A stretch of 63,770 bases of DNA from Octopus bimaculoides (Eukaryota), in NCBI RefSeq assembly GCF_001194135.2, contig NC_069000.1, positions 45,976,540 through 46,040,309 of the forward strand. Direction: 5' to 3'. The notes beneath the pieces are model-generated. The model ran no database searches. It was not told the origin of the DNA and was given only the letters and a program-made list of their open reading frames with translations. Both the position numbers and the translations under genes were made by a program. This document shows, piece by piece, positions 63,703 through 63,770 of this stretch. Each line of letters starts with the position of its first letter. The first letter of the stretch is position 1.

Positions 63703-63770
<68 letters not shown>
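63703..63770. repeat. (CA)n microsatellite
   Basis: Direct inspection. Confidence 0.95.

Overview
AT-rich animal genomic scaffold with about 21 N-gaps (~12% of the window) and dense (TA)n/(CA)n/(ATGT)n microsatellites. The SINE families and repeat style point to an octopod (Octopus) genome; this is inference from recognised repeats, not a database search. No complete protein-coding gene is present, and most listed ORFs are artefacts of microsatellites or gaps. The window reads as intronic or intergenic DNA packed with decayed mobile elements: a DD37D (maT) Tc1/mariner transposase relic, an IR/DR-type Tc1 end, hAT-, Tigger- and Helentron-type non-autonomous elements, many RTE/CR1/I-group/R4-like LINE fragments, two Penelope-like (PLE) fragments and about 20 tRNA-derived SINE copies. 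A few isolated GT-AG exon candidates exist (best: 36098-36161, +), but no host gene could be named. The most interesting signals are RNA structures. (i) A type I hammerhead ribozyme motif with an intact core on the minus strand (36511-36619), plus several decayed hammerhead motifs. (ii) A short element seen twice that joins a tRNA-like Pol III head to a hammerhead-like tail, possibly a Penelope-mobilised SINE. (iii) A 428-bp fold-back with gap-free 199-bp arms, and other inverted-repeat pairs that could form long dsRNA.
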